This document shows, piece after piece, positions 1-9,612 of a DNA stretch of 64,000 nt. Origin of the DNA: Deltaproteobacteria bacterium (GTDB lineage Bacteria; Myxococcota; Kuafuiibacteriia; Kuafuiibacteriales; Kuafuiibacteriaceae); contig JAVJQW010000058.1 in the NCBI GenBank assembly GCA_040218735.1, positions 32,001 through 96,000 on the forward strand, written 5' to 3'. Within the stretch, counting starts at the first letter, position 1, and every line of letters starts with the position of its first letter. The notes beneath the pieces were generated by a model. It saw only the letters and a list, made by a program, of their open reading frames with translations. It was not told the origin of the DNA and searched no databases. A program made the translations under genes and the position numbers.

Positions 1-1
1 G

Positions 2-403
2 AACGCGGGTGCGTGTAAGGCGGGTCCCTCCGAGCAGGCGCCGACCGGGCTCGAGGCCGACGCGTCGGGCCCCAGCGCGCCGAAGATCATCTCCGTGGTG
101 CGGGTGCGTCCGGCGTCGCAAGTCGGGTGTCAGTGTCGGCCCGAGTGCGTCGACGCGGTGAAGATCGAGTACACGCTCGAGACGACCGCGCAGCGCATCT
201 ACATCACGGCTGCGAACAAGGCGTTCTACGTGCAGCGCGCCGAGGACACGCCGGACGACGCGGCGCGTTTCTACCTCGGGCCGGGTGAGTTTCCGGGCGG
301 AGCCCCGCGTCGGTTCTCGATCGCGACGGTGGACGAGGCGGGGAACCTCTCGCAGAGCGCCGAGGCGGTCTACGACGAGGACCAGGAAGCCGAGATTCGC
401 TGA
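2..403 (+). CDS. hypothetical protein, 5'-partial
   Basis: Frame of ORF 95..403 stays open to the window edge; GC-rich third codon positions. Confidence 0.6.
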   Translation, partial: NAGACKAGPSEQAPTGLEADASGPSAPKIISVVRVRPASQVGCQCRPECVDAVKIEYTLETTAQRIYITAANKAFYVQRAEDTPDDAARFYLGPGEFPGGAPRRFSIATVDEAGNLSQSAEAVYDEDQEAEIR

Positions 404-404
404 A

Positions 405-890
405 TCAGACCTGGGTGTTCATCGTCTGCTTGATCGTCGCGGTGGCCTTCTCGACCACCTTCGACGTCAGCTCGAGCTCTTGCGTGAAGCGGTAGACACC
501 CGCCTGCATGGCGAGCAGCTCCGGCGTCGAGAAGTTTCGGCCGGACAAGGAGAGGTTGATGATCTCCTCGAGTTTGTTCTGCCCCTGCATCACGTCTTCC
601 ATGATGCGCTGCAGCCCGCTCGCGAGCGGCTTCGTGTCGATCGAGTTACCGATCGCCGGCGGCGCGACCTGCGCGGTGCGCGCGGCGCGCAGCACGTCCG
701 TCGAGCCCGGGTCGTTGATGCGGGCTTCTTGAACCTCGCCGACACGCTGGGAGTTCAGTACGTTGTTGAACTCGACGTTCGGCGTCTCCTGCGCCTGGGC
801 GAGCTGGTCGGCCTGCTTCATCGCAGACTCGACCTCTTTCATCATCTCTTCGGCAACCTTCGCGGCGCCGCTGCTCAGGGGATCGGCCAT
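405..890 (-). CDS. T3SS inner-rod-like protein (SctI/YscI/HrpB-like)
   Basis: C-terminus LLAMQAGVYRFTQELELTSKVVEKATATIKQTMNTQV resembles the SctI C-terminal helix; next to a FliA-like sigma and a TPR protein. Confidence 0.7.
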   Translation of the reverse strand: MADPLSSGAAKVAEEMMKEVESAMKQADQLAQAQETPNVEFNNVLNSQRVGEVQEARINDPGSTDVLRAARTAQVAPPAIGNSIDTKPLASGLQRIMEDVMQGQNKLEEIINLSLSGRNFSTPELLAMQAGVYRFTQELELTSKVVEKATATIKQTMNTQV

Positions 891-957
891 GGTCTTCTCC
901 TCGACCGGGGGTGCGGGTCCGACCGCAAACCGGGGTCTTCTCGTTCTCGATCCGTGG

Positions 958-985
958 TTATCGGCCCGGCGGCCCGGTTTGTTGC
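958..985 (-). promoter_or_regulatory. sigma28-type promoter upstream of the sctI-like gene
   Basis: GCAAC-N15-GCCGATAA on the minus strand; GCCGATAA is the FliA -10 consensus. Confidence 0.65.
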
Positions 986-1911
986 GAGGATCTTGCCCGG
1001 GTCGGGTCGTGTTTCGGCGTGAAGCCGTCCGCGTCGGAGTACTCGGTGACGAGCTCCTTCAGCAATCTCGACAGCTTACTGATCGCGCGGGTGTGCAGAC
1101 GGGACGTCCAGCTCTTCGACAATCCGAGGTGTTTGCCGACCTCTTCGAGCGACATCTCCTTGTAGTAGTACAGTTCGAGCAGGGTCTTCTCCTGCTCCGG
1201 GAGCTTGCCGACGGCCTCCGCCACCAGCTGCCGCGCCTCCATCATCTCCATCGACTCCTCGATGGTCGGGCCGCGGTCGTCCTTCACCTGGAAGCCCTCC
1301 ATGGCGTCCAGGGCGGTGACGTAGATCGTGACGAGGCCTTCGACGACGTTCGCGAGCTCACCGACCTCGTCGTCGTCGCTCTTCTTCACCCCGGAGGGCA
1401 CGCCGAGCTGCTGCTCGTGGACGTTGTTGAGGAACGAGTTCGCGTGCTGCTCGAAGCGGTAGCGCTGGTACTCGGTCCGGCTCACCCAGCCCATGCCACG
1501 CAGGCCGTCGTAGATCGCGCCGCGGATGCGGTAGTACGCGAAGGTCATGAAGTTCGCGCCGTACTTGGCGTCGAACCGGTCCGCGGCCTCGAACAGACCG
1601 AGCATCCCGTAGCTCACCAGGTCGTCGAACTCGATGTCCTTCGACAGGGTCTTCTTGATCTTGCCCGCGATCGACCGGACGTACGGCATGTACTGCTCGG
1701 CCAGCTGCTTCCTGGACATGTTCTTGTCCGGGGCGGGCAGCGACTTGAAGCTCTTCTTGGGCTTGCCGTTCTTGTCGTCGGCGTTCTTGTCGTCCGAGGC
1801 GTCCTTCGCCTTCACGTCCGCACGCGGCTCGGGCCGACGACCCGGACCCGGGCGTCGACGCGGCGTGGGGCGCGAAGGTTTCTTCGGCGCAGCTTTGGTC
1901 TCGTTCGACAA
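958..1911 (-). CDS. fliA: FliA/WhiG-family RNA polymerase sigma factor
   Basis: DDLVSYGMLGLFEAADRFD and FMTFAYYRIRGAIYDGLR (region 2); LYYYKEMSLEEVGKHLGLSKSWTSRLH (region 4). Confidence 0.9.
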   Translation of the reverse strand: MSNETKAAPKKPSRPTPRRRPGPGRRPEPRADVKAKDASDDKNADDKNGKPKKSFKSLPAPDKNMSRKQLAEQYMPYVRSIAGKIKKTLSKDIEFDDLVSYGMLGLFEAADRFDAKYGANFMTFAYYRIRGAIYDGLRGMGWVSRTEYQRYRFEQHANSFLNNVHEQQLGVPSGVKKSDDDEVGELANVVEGLVTIYVTALDAMEGFQVKDDRGPTIEESMEMMEARQLVAEAVGKLPEQEKTLLELYYYKEMSLEEVGKHLGLSKSWTSRLHTRAISKLSRLLKELVTEYSDADGFTPKHDPTRARSSQQTGPPGR

Positions 1912-1912
1912 A

Positions 1913-2350
1913 TCAGCCCTTCGCCGCCAGCTTCTTGAACTGCGTCTGGAGTCGCTTCGCCAGCACGGGATCGCTGTCGAACAGCTCGGTCACGGCCTCT
2001 TCGAGCATCTCCTCGCTCGTCTGCTCGTCTTCGTCGTCGTCCTTCTTCTTCTTCTTGCGCTTCTTGAACTGCGGGAAGCGCTCCTCGATGACGAGGCCGA
2101 CGAACTCGCGGGTGGCCTCCTTCTGCGTGAGGGCGCCGTTGCTGAGCTTCTTCGCGATCTCGCGCGCCTTGCCCGTCAGCTGCGACTGCGCGGTTTTCTT
2201 CGACTGCTGCGTGCGCGCGGCGTCCGTGCCCTGCGCGGCCGCCTGCTGCACCTTGCTCGCGAAGTCGGACTTGTTCGTCTGCTGCGTTTGCTGCGTCTGC
2301 TGTGTCTGGGGCGGAACGATGGGTCCGCCGCCTCCTCCGATGCGCGGCAT
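1913..2350 (-). CDS. hypothetical protein of the T3SS-like cluster
   Basis: 145-aa ORF packed between the TPR gene and fliA; Q/T-rich N-terminus, K-rich then acidic patch. Confidence 0.7.
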   Translation of the reverse strand: MPRIGGGGGPIVPPQTQQTQQTQQTNKSDFASKVQQAAAQGTDAARTQQSKKTAQSQLTGKAREIAKKLSNGALTQKEATREFVGLVIEERFPQFKKRKKKKKDDDEDEQTSEEMLEEAVTELFDSDPVLAKRLQTQFKKLAAKG

Positions 2351-2352
2351 GG

Positions 2353-2766
2353 TCAGATCACCTCGGCCGCCATCGCGTCGAGCAGGCTCGACGCGAACTG
2401 TGCGGCGTCCCCTTCGGGATCCATCTCGATGGCCCGCTCGAGCGCCTTCTTGGCGTCGGCGGGTTTCTTCATGAACAGGAGCGTCTCGCCCTCGTGGGCC
2501 TTCGCGAGCGCGCTCTCGGGGTTCCGCTTCAGCGCTTCGCGTTGGTACTTGAGCGCGCGGTCGAACCGGCCCTGGGCGAAGAAGAGGTTGCCGAGGCAGA
2601 TGAGCGGGACGTCGGAGTGCGGTACGAGCGCCGCGACGCCGGCGAAGATCTCCTCCGCCTCCTTGTTCTTCTGCATCTCGAGGTAGAGGTAGCCGGACTC
2701 CAACAGGAGCGCGACCTCACCCTGGGGTACCTCGATCAGCCCTGGGACCATGACCTGGTCGGACAT
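2353..2766 (-). CDS. TPR protein, SycD/LcrH-like T3SS chaperone candidate
   Basis: Likely start MSDQVMVPG after a GGGAG RBS; about three TPR-like helical repeats. Confidence 0.75.
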   Translation of the reverse strand: MSDQVMVPGLIEVPQGEVALLLESGYLYLEMQKNKEAEEIFAGVAALVPHSDVPLICLGNLFFAQGRFDRALKYQREALKRNPESALAKAHEGETLLFMKKPADAKKALERAIEMDPEGDAAQFASSLLDAMAAEVI

Positions 2767-2863
2767 CTCCCCTGAGCTTACCTCCGCCCGCCCCCAAACG
2801 TCCAACAAACCCACGCATTTGGGGCGGCCGCCCGGGCCGCGAGATTTTTTTTCGTTTTTCGAC

Positions 2864-2891
2864 GCAACGCCGGCCCGGCGGTCACCGATAA
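2864..2891 (+). promoter_or_regulatory. sigma28-type promoter upstream of the gene at 2967
   Basis: GCAAC-N15-ACCGATAA, same architecture as the copy at 958-985. Confidence 0.6.
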
Positions 2892-2966
2892 GAAACGACG
2901 AATCGATGAAAGGATAAGTGGGGAGTGCCATGCCCCGTCGCAGGGCGCCCCACCTAAAGGAAGACC

Positions 2967-3617
2967 ATGGACCAGAACAACTCGATCCGCAGCGGTTCCG
3001 TACGGTTGAGCACCGTCGCGACCACCACCCGTCAGACCCCCAAGACCGACTTCGGCTCGGTGATGCGCAACGGCCTCATCCGAACCGGCCAGGTCGTCAC
3101 CGAAGGCCTCCGCGTCGCGGCCCCGTTCATCCCGGGCGGCGCGATCGTCTCCGCGGCCCTCGCGGGCGCCAACTCGGCGGCCGGGATGGCTGGCCCGTCC
3201 TACGCCCGTAGTGGCGGTGGCGGCGGCGGCGCCTACGGCTCGTCCGTGAGCGGCCTCGCCTCGGTCGGCGGCAACGGCCCCGGCGTCAGCTCCGGCGGCG
3301 CGGGCACCAGCAGCGGCGTCCTCGGGCTCCCCGGCCAGTCGCCGGGTCTGTCGACGAACCTGTCGGCGTCCCCGTCCAACTTCGCGGGCGCGGCCAGCAC
3401 CCAGGCCGTCGCGGGCGCGGGCGCGGGTTCGACCGACGCCTTCAACCAGATGATGTCGGCCACGCGCCAGATGTCGGAGTTCCAGGCGAGCTTCAACCTG
3501 CAGTACCTGCAGCTGCAGCAGAAGATTCAGATCGACACGCGGCAGTTCAACTTGATCTCCAACATCATGAAGACCAAGCACGACGCCGCGAAGAACGCGC
3601 TGAACAACGTCCGCTGA
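2967..3617 (+). CDS. T3SS needle/filament-like protein with Gly/Ser-rich middle
   Basis: C-terminus FNLQYLQLQQKIQIDTRQFNLISNIMKTKHDAAKNALNNVR resembles SctF needle C-termini; AAGGAAG RBS. Confidence 0.6.
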   Translation: MDQNNSIRSGSVRLSTVATTTRQTPKTDFGSVMRNGLIRTGQVVTEGLRVAAPFIPGGAIVSAALAGANSAAGMAGPSYARSGGGGGGAYGSSVSGLASVGGNGPGVSSGGAGTSSGVLGLPGQSPGLSTNLSASPSNFAGAASTQAVAGAGAGSTDAFNQMMSATRQMSEFQASFNLQYLQLQQKIQIDTRQFNLISNIMKTKHDAAKNALNNVR

Positions 3618-3775
3618 GTCTTGGGCCGCTATCGGCGAGGCCAGCTCGCCTGCGGCCCGACCGTCGGCTGCCCGCTCGCCCCTTTCGGGGGCCGGGCGAG
3701 CTCAGCCTGCGATGGCTCTTCGGCTCGACGGGCCCTGGCTTCGGCCGTGGTCCAACCCGAATCTCGGGCCCGTCA

Positions 3776-4114
3776 TCACTCCCCGGAGGGCGACTGCATC
3801 GCGGACTTCGTCTCGAAGAGGTATTCGAACAGGTCCGCGGTGCGCTCGTACGCTCCCATCGCTCGTTTCGCGGCGGCCTTCGCCTTCATGTCCCCCGACG
3901 CCGCCAGCTCTTCCAGCTGCTCGTAGGAGCTGCGCAGCTCCTCCGCGAGGTCCTCGATCGAGCCGCCTTCGAGCCGCTGCTCGATCGCGGGGAAGCCGAC
4001 GGACGCCTCCTCGGGCTCCGGCTCGGCCTCGGGCTTCGCCTTCTTGAAGTTGCGAACCTCGGGGCGGCGCATGTCGCCGATCTTGAAGCTGCCGAGGTCG
4101 TCTTCGTTGGTCAT
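3776..4114 (-). CDS. hypothetical helical protein
   Basis: 112-aa ORF with host-like codon bias. Confidence 0.7.
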   Translation of the reverse strand: MTNEDDLGSFKIGDMRRPEVRNFKKAKPEAEPEPEEASVGFPAIEQRLEGGSIEDLAEELRSSYEQLEELAASGDMKAKAAAKRAMGAYERTADLFEYLFETKSAMQSPSGE

Positions 4115-4167
4115 GGGCGGGGATCGTTATTCCATCGCCCGCGCAGCCGCGCAAGACAGAGGGGGCT

Positions 4168-4617
4168 TCAGTCCGCGCGGAGGGGGTCGGTGCCCATGCA
4201 GAACTCTTCGATGTTCGAGCGCGTGTCGGCGTCGGCGTCGAGCTCGGTGAAGACGCGGTCGGCGGGGAACTCGACGCGGACCTGCTCGCGGGTCTCGTTA
4301 CGGAGATCGAGGCGCGCGATGACCGTCGCGAGCTCGAGCTCGGTCGTGGGGGTCGGGAAGTAGAAGTAGATCAGGCGGAAGTCGCGGATCTCGCCGGTCG
4401 GCACCGGCTTGCAGACGCCGGTGACGGTGCGGTCCGCGTTCACCTGCAGCGGACAGATCCCCGGCACGCCGCTGACTTCGAGCCGCGCCATCATCCCCGG
4501 GACGTCGCACTGCAGCGCGTGCATCTGAAAGCCGATCGCCATCGCCGGCTCTTCGTCCCCGGGCTCCCCGCCGCAGGCGGCGAGCGCGAGGAGCGCCGCG
4601 AACATCGTCTTCTTCAT
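4168..4617 (-). CDS. lipoprotein
   Basis: MKKTMFAALLALAAC lipobox; GGAGG RBS. Confidence 0.75.
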   Translation of the reverse strand: MKKTMFAALLALAACGGEPGDEEPAMAIGFQMHALQCDVPGMMARLEVSGVPGICPLQVNADRTVTGVCKPVPTGEIRDFRLIYFYFPTPTTELELATVIARLDLRNETREQVRVEFPADRVFTELDADADTRSNIEEFCMGTDPLRAD

Positions 4618-4654
4618 CACAGTCCCTCCGCTCACAATCTCTCGACCCAACGCA

Positions 4655-5362
4655 TCACGGCAGCCTCGCGGTCGGGTCGGGGCCGGTGACCTCGACCTCG
4701 ACGAAGTCCACCGGGCTCGAGCTCCGCGTCAGGAGCACCGTCGCGACGATTCCGCCCGTCACGGCGAGGCCGATCCCGGTCCAGAACCACCACTGGCCGG
4801 CGAGCCCGTCGTCGTCCTCTTCCTCCCACGGGTCCTCGGTCGTCACCAGGTTCGGCGGCGGCGGAGGCGGAGGGGGCGGGGCCGGCGGCGGCGTCAGATC
4901 CTCGACCGGCGGTGGGGGCGGTGGCGCCTTCTCGTCGTACACCGCGATCGGGATCGGATTCTCCGGCGTGCCCTCGCGCGCCGGGCCGTTGCCTTCCTGG
5001 TCGAACGCCTCGAGGAAGTACTCGAGCGGTCCGGTGACTTCGGAGGCGGGGATGAGCGCCACCCAGCCTTCCTCGCCCTTCTCCATCTCCACCGTCGTGA
5101 ACTCGGCGGCGCCGTGCTGACGGTAGTAGAGCGTCGGGGCGAAGACGCCGCTCTTGTCCTCGAACCGTGCGCGGATCTGCACGGCCTGGGAGCGCGGCGT
5201 CTGCATGAGCTTCACATGCACGATGCGCGGCGGCTTCGTGTCGCGCCGCCGTTTCTTCTTCGCGTGCACGGTCGTGCCCACGGACGACACCGCGACCACC
5301 AGGCACATCGCGAGGACGCGACGCCAGGTGGGGCGGTGCGAGGTCAGTTCTTCGGGTTCCAT
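4655..5362 (-). CDS. secreted, membrane-anchored protein with beta-sandwich domain and Pro-rich linker
   Basis: Signal-like hydrophobic segment, poly-Pro, C-terminal TM QWWFWTGIGLAVTGGIVATVLL; start uncertain. Confidence 0.7.
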   Translation of the reverse strand: MEPEELTSHRPTWRRVLAMCLVVAVSSVGTTVHAKKKRRRDTKPPRIVHVKLMQTPRSQAVQIRARFEDKSGVFAPTLYYRQHGAAEFTTVEMEKGEEGWVALIPASEVTGPLEYFLEAFDQEGNGPAREGTPENPIPIAVYDEKAPPPPPPVEDLTPPPAPPPPPPPPPNLVTTEDPWEEEDDDGLAGQWWFWTGIGLAVTGGIVATVLLTRSSSPVDFVEVEVTGPDPTARLP

Positions 5363-7719
5363 ATCAGTGAGACGTCGAACGGGCGTTCCTGACCCGGGCG
5401 AATGAACGTGAGCTTGTGGCGGCTCGCGGCCGAGACTTCGCGCGGCGTGCGCCCGAGTGACAGGCCCCCGCGTTTGACGATCGACCACGGCGAGGACTCG
5501 ACCTGGACCGCCACGCCGTCGTCCTGCACCGCGTAGCGGAGCGTGACCGTGTACGGGAGGTCGGCGCCGCCGAGCGTGATCTTGCCGGTGTCCTTGCGCA
5601 CCGCGAGCGCCGACGGGGAGGTCCCGACGGAGCGCCCGCCGATCTCCACGCTCACGGGGAGGTTCGTCCGCACGGTCAGCGTGCCGATGCGACCCGCGCG
5701 CGCGGGCGGTGGCGGCGGCGGCGGGGCCTCGACGACCTTCTCCGCGGGCGGCGGAGGCGGCGGCGGCGGAGGCGGCGCGTCCTCGACGTCGGGGGCCTTC
5801 TCGACCGCGCGCTTCTTCTTGCGCCGACGTTTCTTCCGACGCTTCTTGCGCTTCTTCTTCTTGGGCGGATCGTCCTCGCCGTCTTCGATCGCCGCTTCCG
5901 GGACCTCGGGATCTTCGGGCTCGTCGATCGCCTTCGGGTCGTCCGTGCCGTCGTCGATCCCCGCGGGCGTCACGTCCGTCGTCTCCGGCGTCTCGGGTTC
6001 GTCGGGCTCGTCCTTCGTCGGCGTGGGCTGGCCTTCGAGCGGCAGCAACGCGACGCCGCGCTTGGTCTCCTTCTTCGGCGCGATGATCGCGCGCGTGACG
6101 AGGAAGCCGGCCACCGTCGTCACCACCAACACCAGCGCGTAGAGGAGGAACCGCCCCGCGTTGGCGCCCGGCGGACGCGGCTGGAGCACACCGGAGTCCT
6201 CGTCGGTCACGTACTCCGGGATCGAGGAAGCAAGCGGCCCCGCCTCTTCGCTGGACGCTTGCGCGCGCTGCAGCTCCTTGGTCGGCGCGAGGTTCGACAT
6301 CTCCGAGGAGATCGGTTCGTCGAACGGCGACGGCCCGACCATCGACGGCGCCGACTGCATCGAACGCATCGGCGGCGCCGGGAACTCCTGGCCGCTCGGC
6401 GTGTGCGACGGGCCCGGCGGGAGGAACGAGCCGGCAACGCTCGACTCCTCCTCGATCGCGACGTCGTCGTCACGCGTGGGCACACGATCCGATCGCGTCG
6501 GACCGTGCGGGAGCGACGAGCTCGGCGGCTGGTACAGCTCCGCGGACATCGGCTCCGGCGTCATCTCGTAGTGTGCGGCGGAGTCCTGGCTCGTCGCGCG
6601 CGACTTCGCGGCGATGCCTTCGAGGTCGCCGGCGATCGTCTCTTCCTCGTCGGGGAAGGGGAGCTGCGCGTTGCTGCTCGGGGCGTCGATCAGATCCGGA
6701 TCGTGCGGCTGGTCGACGGTCTCGGCCATCGACGGCTCGGGCGGCTGCGTGGCCTGGTCGGCCTCGGCGAGCAGGCGGTCTTCCTCCGCGATGTCCCCCT
6801 TGAAGAGGGTGTGCAGGAACGTCGTGAGGTCGGTGGTCGCGGGGCGAACGGCGCCGTCGGAGAACAGGCTCCGCAGCTCGTCGCGCATCTCGATGGCGCT
6901 CTGGTAGCGGTCCTCGGGGCGCTTCGCGAGCGCCTTCATGAGGATGTCGTCCATGGGCCCGGCGTCGACGCGCTTCGCGGACGGGGGGGCGACGTCGTGG
7001 CGTTGGATCGCCTCGAGCGAGAGCACCACGTTCTGCCGGACGAACGGGTTCTCGAGGCAGCACATCTCGTACAGGACGATGCCGAGGCTGAAGATGTCGC
7101 TGCGCCGATCGATCGGATCCGCCGCCGACTGCTCCGGCGACATGTAGACGAACTTGCCCTTGATGGTGCCGGTCGCCGTGTGGACCGAGGTCATCTCGGA
7201 CTTCGCGATGCCGAAGTCGATCAGTTTGAGATCACCGGTGTACGAGATGAGGACGTTGTGCGGGTTGATGTCGCGGTGGACGATGTTCATCGGCCGCCCG
7301 CGGATGTCGCGCGCCTGGTGGGCGTAGCCGAGGCCTTCGCAGAGTTTGATCGCGAGGTCGATCACGTGGGGGAGCGGGAGCATCTCCCCTTCGGCGCGCA
7401 GCTCGTCGATGAGGTCGCGCAGCGACTTGCCGCGCACGTACTCCATGGCGATGTAGTAGTCGCCATCGATCTCCCCCATCTCGTGGATCTGGATGATGTT
7501 GTGGTGGTTGAGGCGCGCGACCAGCTTCGCCTCGGAGAAGAACATGTCGAGGTAGTCCTTCTTGTCGAGGTGATGCGAGAGGATGCGCTTGATGACGAGG
7601 AGCTTCTCGAACCCGGACGGGCCCCGCTGCTTCGCGAGGAAGATCTCGCCCATGCCCCCCGAAGCGAGCTTCCGGAGCAGGACGTATTTCCCGAAAGTTG
7701 AGCGGCTCGCTTGCGCCAC
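5344..7719 (-). CDS. membrane Ser/Thr protein kinase (Hanks type) with C-terminal PEGA-like region
   Basis: LASGGMGEIF, HRDINPHN, DFG, KGKFVYMSPEQ motifs; TM helix. Confidence 0.92.
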   Translation of the reverse strand: MAQASRSTFGKYVLLRKLASGGMGEIFLAKQRGPSGFEKLLVIKRILSHHLDKKDYLDMFFSEAKLVARLNHHNIIQIHEMGEIDGDYYIAMEYVRGKSLRDLIDELRAEGEMLPLPHVIDLAIKLCEGLGYAHQARDIRGRPMNIVHRDINPHNVLISYTGDLKLIDFGIAKSEMTSVHTATGTIKGKFVYMSPEQSAADPIDRRSDIFSLGIVLYEMCCLENPFVRQNVVLSLEAIQRHDVAPPSAKRVDAGPMDDILMKALAKRPEDRYQSAIEMRDELRSLFSDGAVRPATTDLTTFLHTLFKGDIAEEDRLLAEADQATQPPEPSMAETVDQPHDPDLIDAPSSNAQLPFPDEEETIAGDLEGIAAKSRATSQDSAAHYEMTPEPMSAELYQPPSSSLPHGPTRSDRVPTRDDDVAIEEESSVAGSFLPPGPSHTPSGQEFPAPPMRSMQSAPSMVGPSPFDEPISSEMSNLAPTKELQRAQASSEEAGPLASSIPEYVTDEDSGVLQPRPPGANAGRFLLYALVLVVTTVAGFLVTRAIIAPKKETKRGVALLPLEGQPTPTKDEPDEPETPETTDVTPAGIDDGTDDPKAIDEPEDPEVPEAAIEDGEDDPPKKKKRKKRRKKRRRKKKRAVEKAPDVEDAPPPPPPPPPPAEKVVEAPPPPPPPARAGRIGTLTVRTNLPVSVEIGGRSVGTSPSALAVRKDTGKITLGGADLPYTVTLRYAVQDDGVAVQVESSPWSIVKRGGLSLGRTPREVSAASRHKLTFIRPGQERPFDVSLIWNPKN

Positions 7720-7973
7720 GTTCAGTCCTTCAATCTAGCAGCGGCGGGGGCCCCCGTCCGGTTCTTGACCCGCCGCTCCCGTACAATCGCCCATCCTGTC
7801 CCACGACCAACGGACAGACGACCGAGATCGGTCTGAAGTCGAGGGCGGAAAGCGGGCGAACCCTCGGTTCTCATGGCCACTGGGTCAAGCGGTTCTTCGT
7901 CGGACCCGCCCGATGTCGGTGGTCCGAGGTGGGGGCTTTTCGACGTGCACCCGTTCGGTTAAGCCCACCGGCG

Positions 7974-8429
7974 ATGCGTCGCCTCGGTGTCCTCCTGCTC
8001 GTGCTGACCGGATTCGCCTGCAAGGGCGACATGACGGAACAGGAGCTCATCGCCGCCAAGGCGGACCAGACCACCCGTCAGCTCATCGCGGGCCTGAACG
8101 CCAAGAACACCACGGTGCTGTCCTCGCTGATCGTCGTGACCAACGCCGAGGGCGGGAAGCCCCGAAAGCTCGAGGCCGCCGAGGCCGAGCAGCTCGTCTA
8201 CCCCCAGCCGCCCTACGAGTACGTCGGTTCGGGCGAGCCGGGCACGATGGTGGTGCGCGACGGCCGCGGCCAAAAACGCGCCGTCCGGCTGATCGTCCTC
8301 GACGACCAGCTCCGCGTCCTCGCGACCCGCGAGAAGTACTCGACCTACACCGCGCGCGAGACCGGCAAGCCGGTCGGGAGCGCCGTGGACGCCGAGGTGG
8401 TGAGCTTCCTCCTCCCCGCGGACCGCTGA
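7974..8429 (+). CDS. lipoprotein
   Basis: MRRLGVLLLVLTGFAC lipobox. Confidence 0.75.
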   Translation: MRRLGVLLLVLTGFACKGDMTEQELIAAKADQTTRQLIAGLNAKNTTVLSSLIVVTNAEGGKPRKLEAAEAEQLVYPQPPYEYVGSGEPGTMVVRDGRGQKRAVRLIVLDDQLRVLATREKYSTYTARETGKPVGSAVDAEVVSFLLPADR

Positions 8430-8440
8430 CTCCCCCCCTC

Positions 8441-8530
8441 CCGGTCCCAGTCCCGGTCCCGGTCCCGGTCCGGGTCCCGAACGCTCCCCCCTCCCGGTCC
8501 CGGTCCCAGTCCCGAACGCTCCCCCCTCCA
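8441..8530. repeat. (GTCCCG)n hexamer microsatellite in two blocks
   Basis: ccggtcccagtcccggtcccggtcccggtcc... repeated twice, each block ending cccgaacgctccccc. Confidence 0.85.
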
Positions 8531-8585
8531 CCCCCGATGTGCTCCCCCGGTGCATCTGGCGCCGAGCCCGGCTCCCTGAAATTCT

Positions 8586-9611
8586 TTGCGGACCGTGCGC
8601 GCGTTCTTCGCCTCGCCGTCCCCGTCGCTTCGGATTTCTTTGGTGTTCGTCGCCGCCGCGAGCCTCCTCGCGTGCTCGGGCGCCGAGCCGGCGAGCGACG
8701 ACGTCGTCATCGTCCCGGACCTCGACGTCGACGGCGACGGCCTCGACGACGAGTGGGAGCGTTGGGCCGGCGATTCGACGCAGCTCGATCCCACGCAGCT
8801 CGACACCGACGGCGACGGCACCCCCGACGCCGACGAAGACCCCGACCAGGACGGCCTCACCAACCGCGAGGAGTATGCGCTGTCCACGCTCGACCCGCTC
8901 CCCGCCGCGCTGCCGCCGCACCCGTTCCGCGCGTCGCTCCTGGTGGAGGTCGACGCGATGATCGATCGCCGCGTCGACGACGCCGTCTTCGAGCGCGCCG
9001 CCGCCGCTTACGCGGACGTCGAGATCGACGTGCACTTCTTCCGCGACGAACAGGACGTCGGCGCTTCGGTTTTCGATGGGTCGTTCGAGCAGCGCTGGTC
9101 CGTCCTCGAGGACCACCCCGCGAATTTCGTTGGGGTTCCGATCGAACACATGGCCCACGTGCTCGTCGCCGCGGAGCGCACCGACATCAACGGCCGCGGC
9201 GGTGAAGTCGTCGCGCACGAATCGGACGTCGAGAAGACCGGCGTCATCCTCTACTACGACACCCTCGACGCTCTACACCCGGCCTGCGGCACCGCCGACG
9301 GCGGCCCGATCCTCTTCGAGGACGCCCTCACCGGCACGCTGATCCACGAGCTCGGTCACGCCCTTCAACTCGGCCACGACACACCCCGCGGCGGCGGCGT
9401 GAACCCGTACAACATCATGGCCGTCGCGAGCTCCTGTGAGGCGGCGCTCCAACGCTTCGAGGGGGTCGGCAACGACGACGACACGCGCGGCGCGACGGCC
9501 GCCGTCGCGGAGCCGAGGTTCTCGCGCGCAGCGGCGCAGCTCATCGAGCTCGACAACGTCGTCTCCCGCGACACGTCGGTGCTCTACGAGGGCGTCGGTC
9601 ACGAGATGTGA
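8586..9611 (+). CDS. lipoprotein zinc metalloprotease with Ca-binding DxDxDG repeats
   Basis: LLAC lipobox; DVDGDG/DTDGDG; HELGHALQLGH metzincin-like motif followed by NIM. Confidence 0.75.
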   Translation: MRTVRAFFASPSPSLRISLVFVAAASLLACSGAEPASDDVVIVPDLDVDGDGLDDEWERWAGDSTQLDPTQLDTDGDGTPDADEDPDQDGLTNREEYALSTLDPLPAALPPHPFRASLLVEVDAMIDRRVDDAVFERAAAAYADVEIDVHFFRDEQDVGASVFDGSFEQRWSVLEDHPANFVGVPIEHMAHVLVAAERTDINGRGGEVVAHESDVEKTGVILYYDTLDALHPACGTADGGPILFEDALTGTLIHELGHALQLGHDTPRGGGVNPYNIMAVASSCEAALQRFEGVGNDDDTRGATAAVAEPRFSRAAAQLIELDNVVSRDTSVLYEGVGHEM

Positions 9612-9612
9612 A

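Noticed and set aside
3620-3775. GC-rich palindromic intergenic segment as an ncRNA
   Set aside because: Lies between convergent genes; best explained as a terminator or REP-like element, single copy in the window.
8441-8530. Hexamer repeat as a phase-variation switch
   Set aside because: Intergenic simple repeat with no evident link to a promoter or reading frame.
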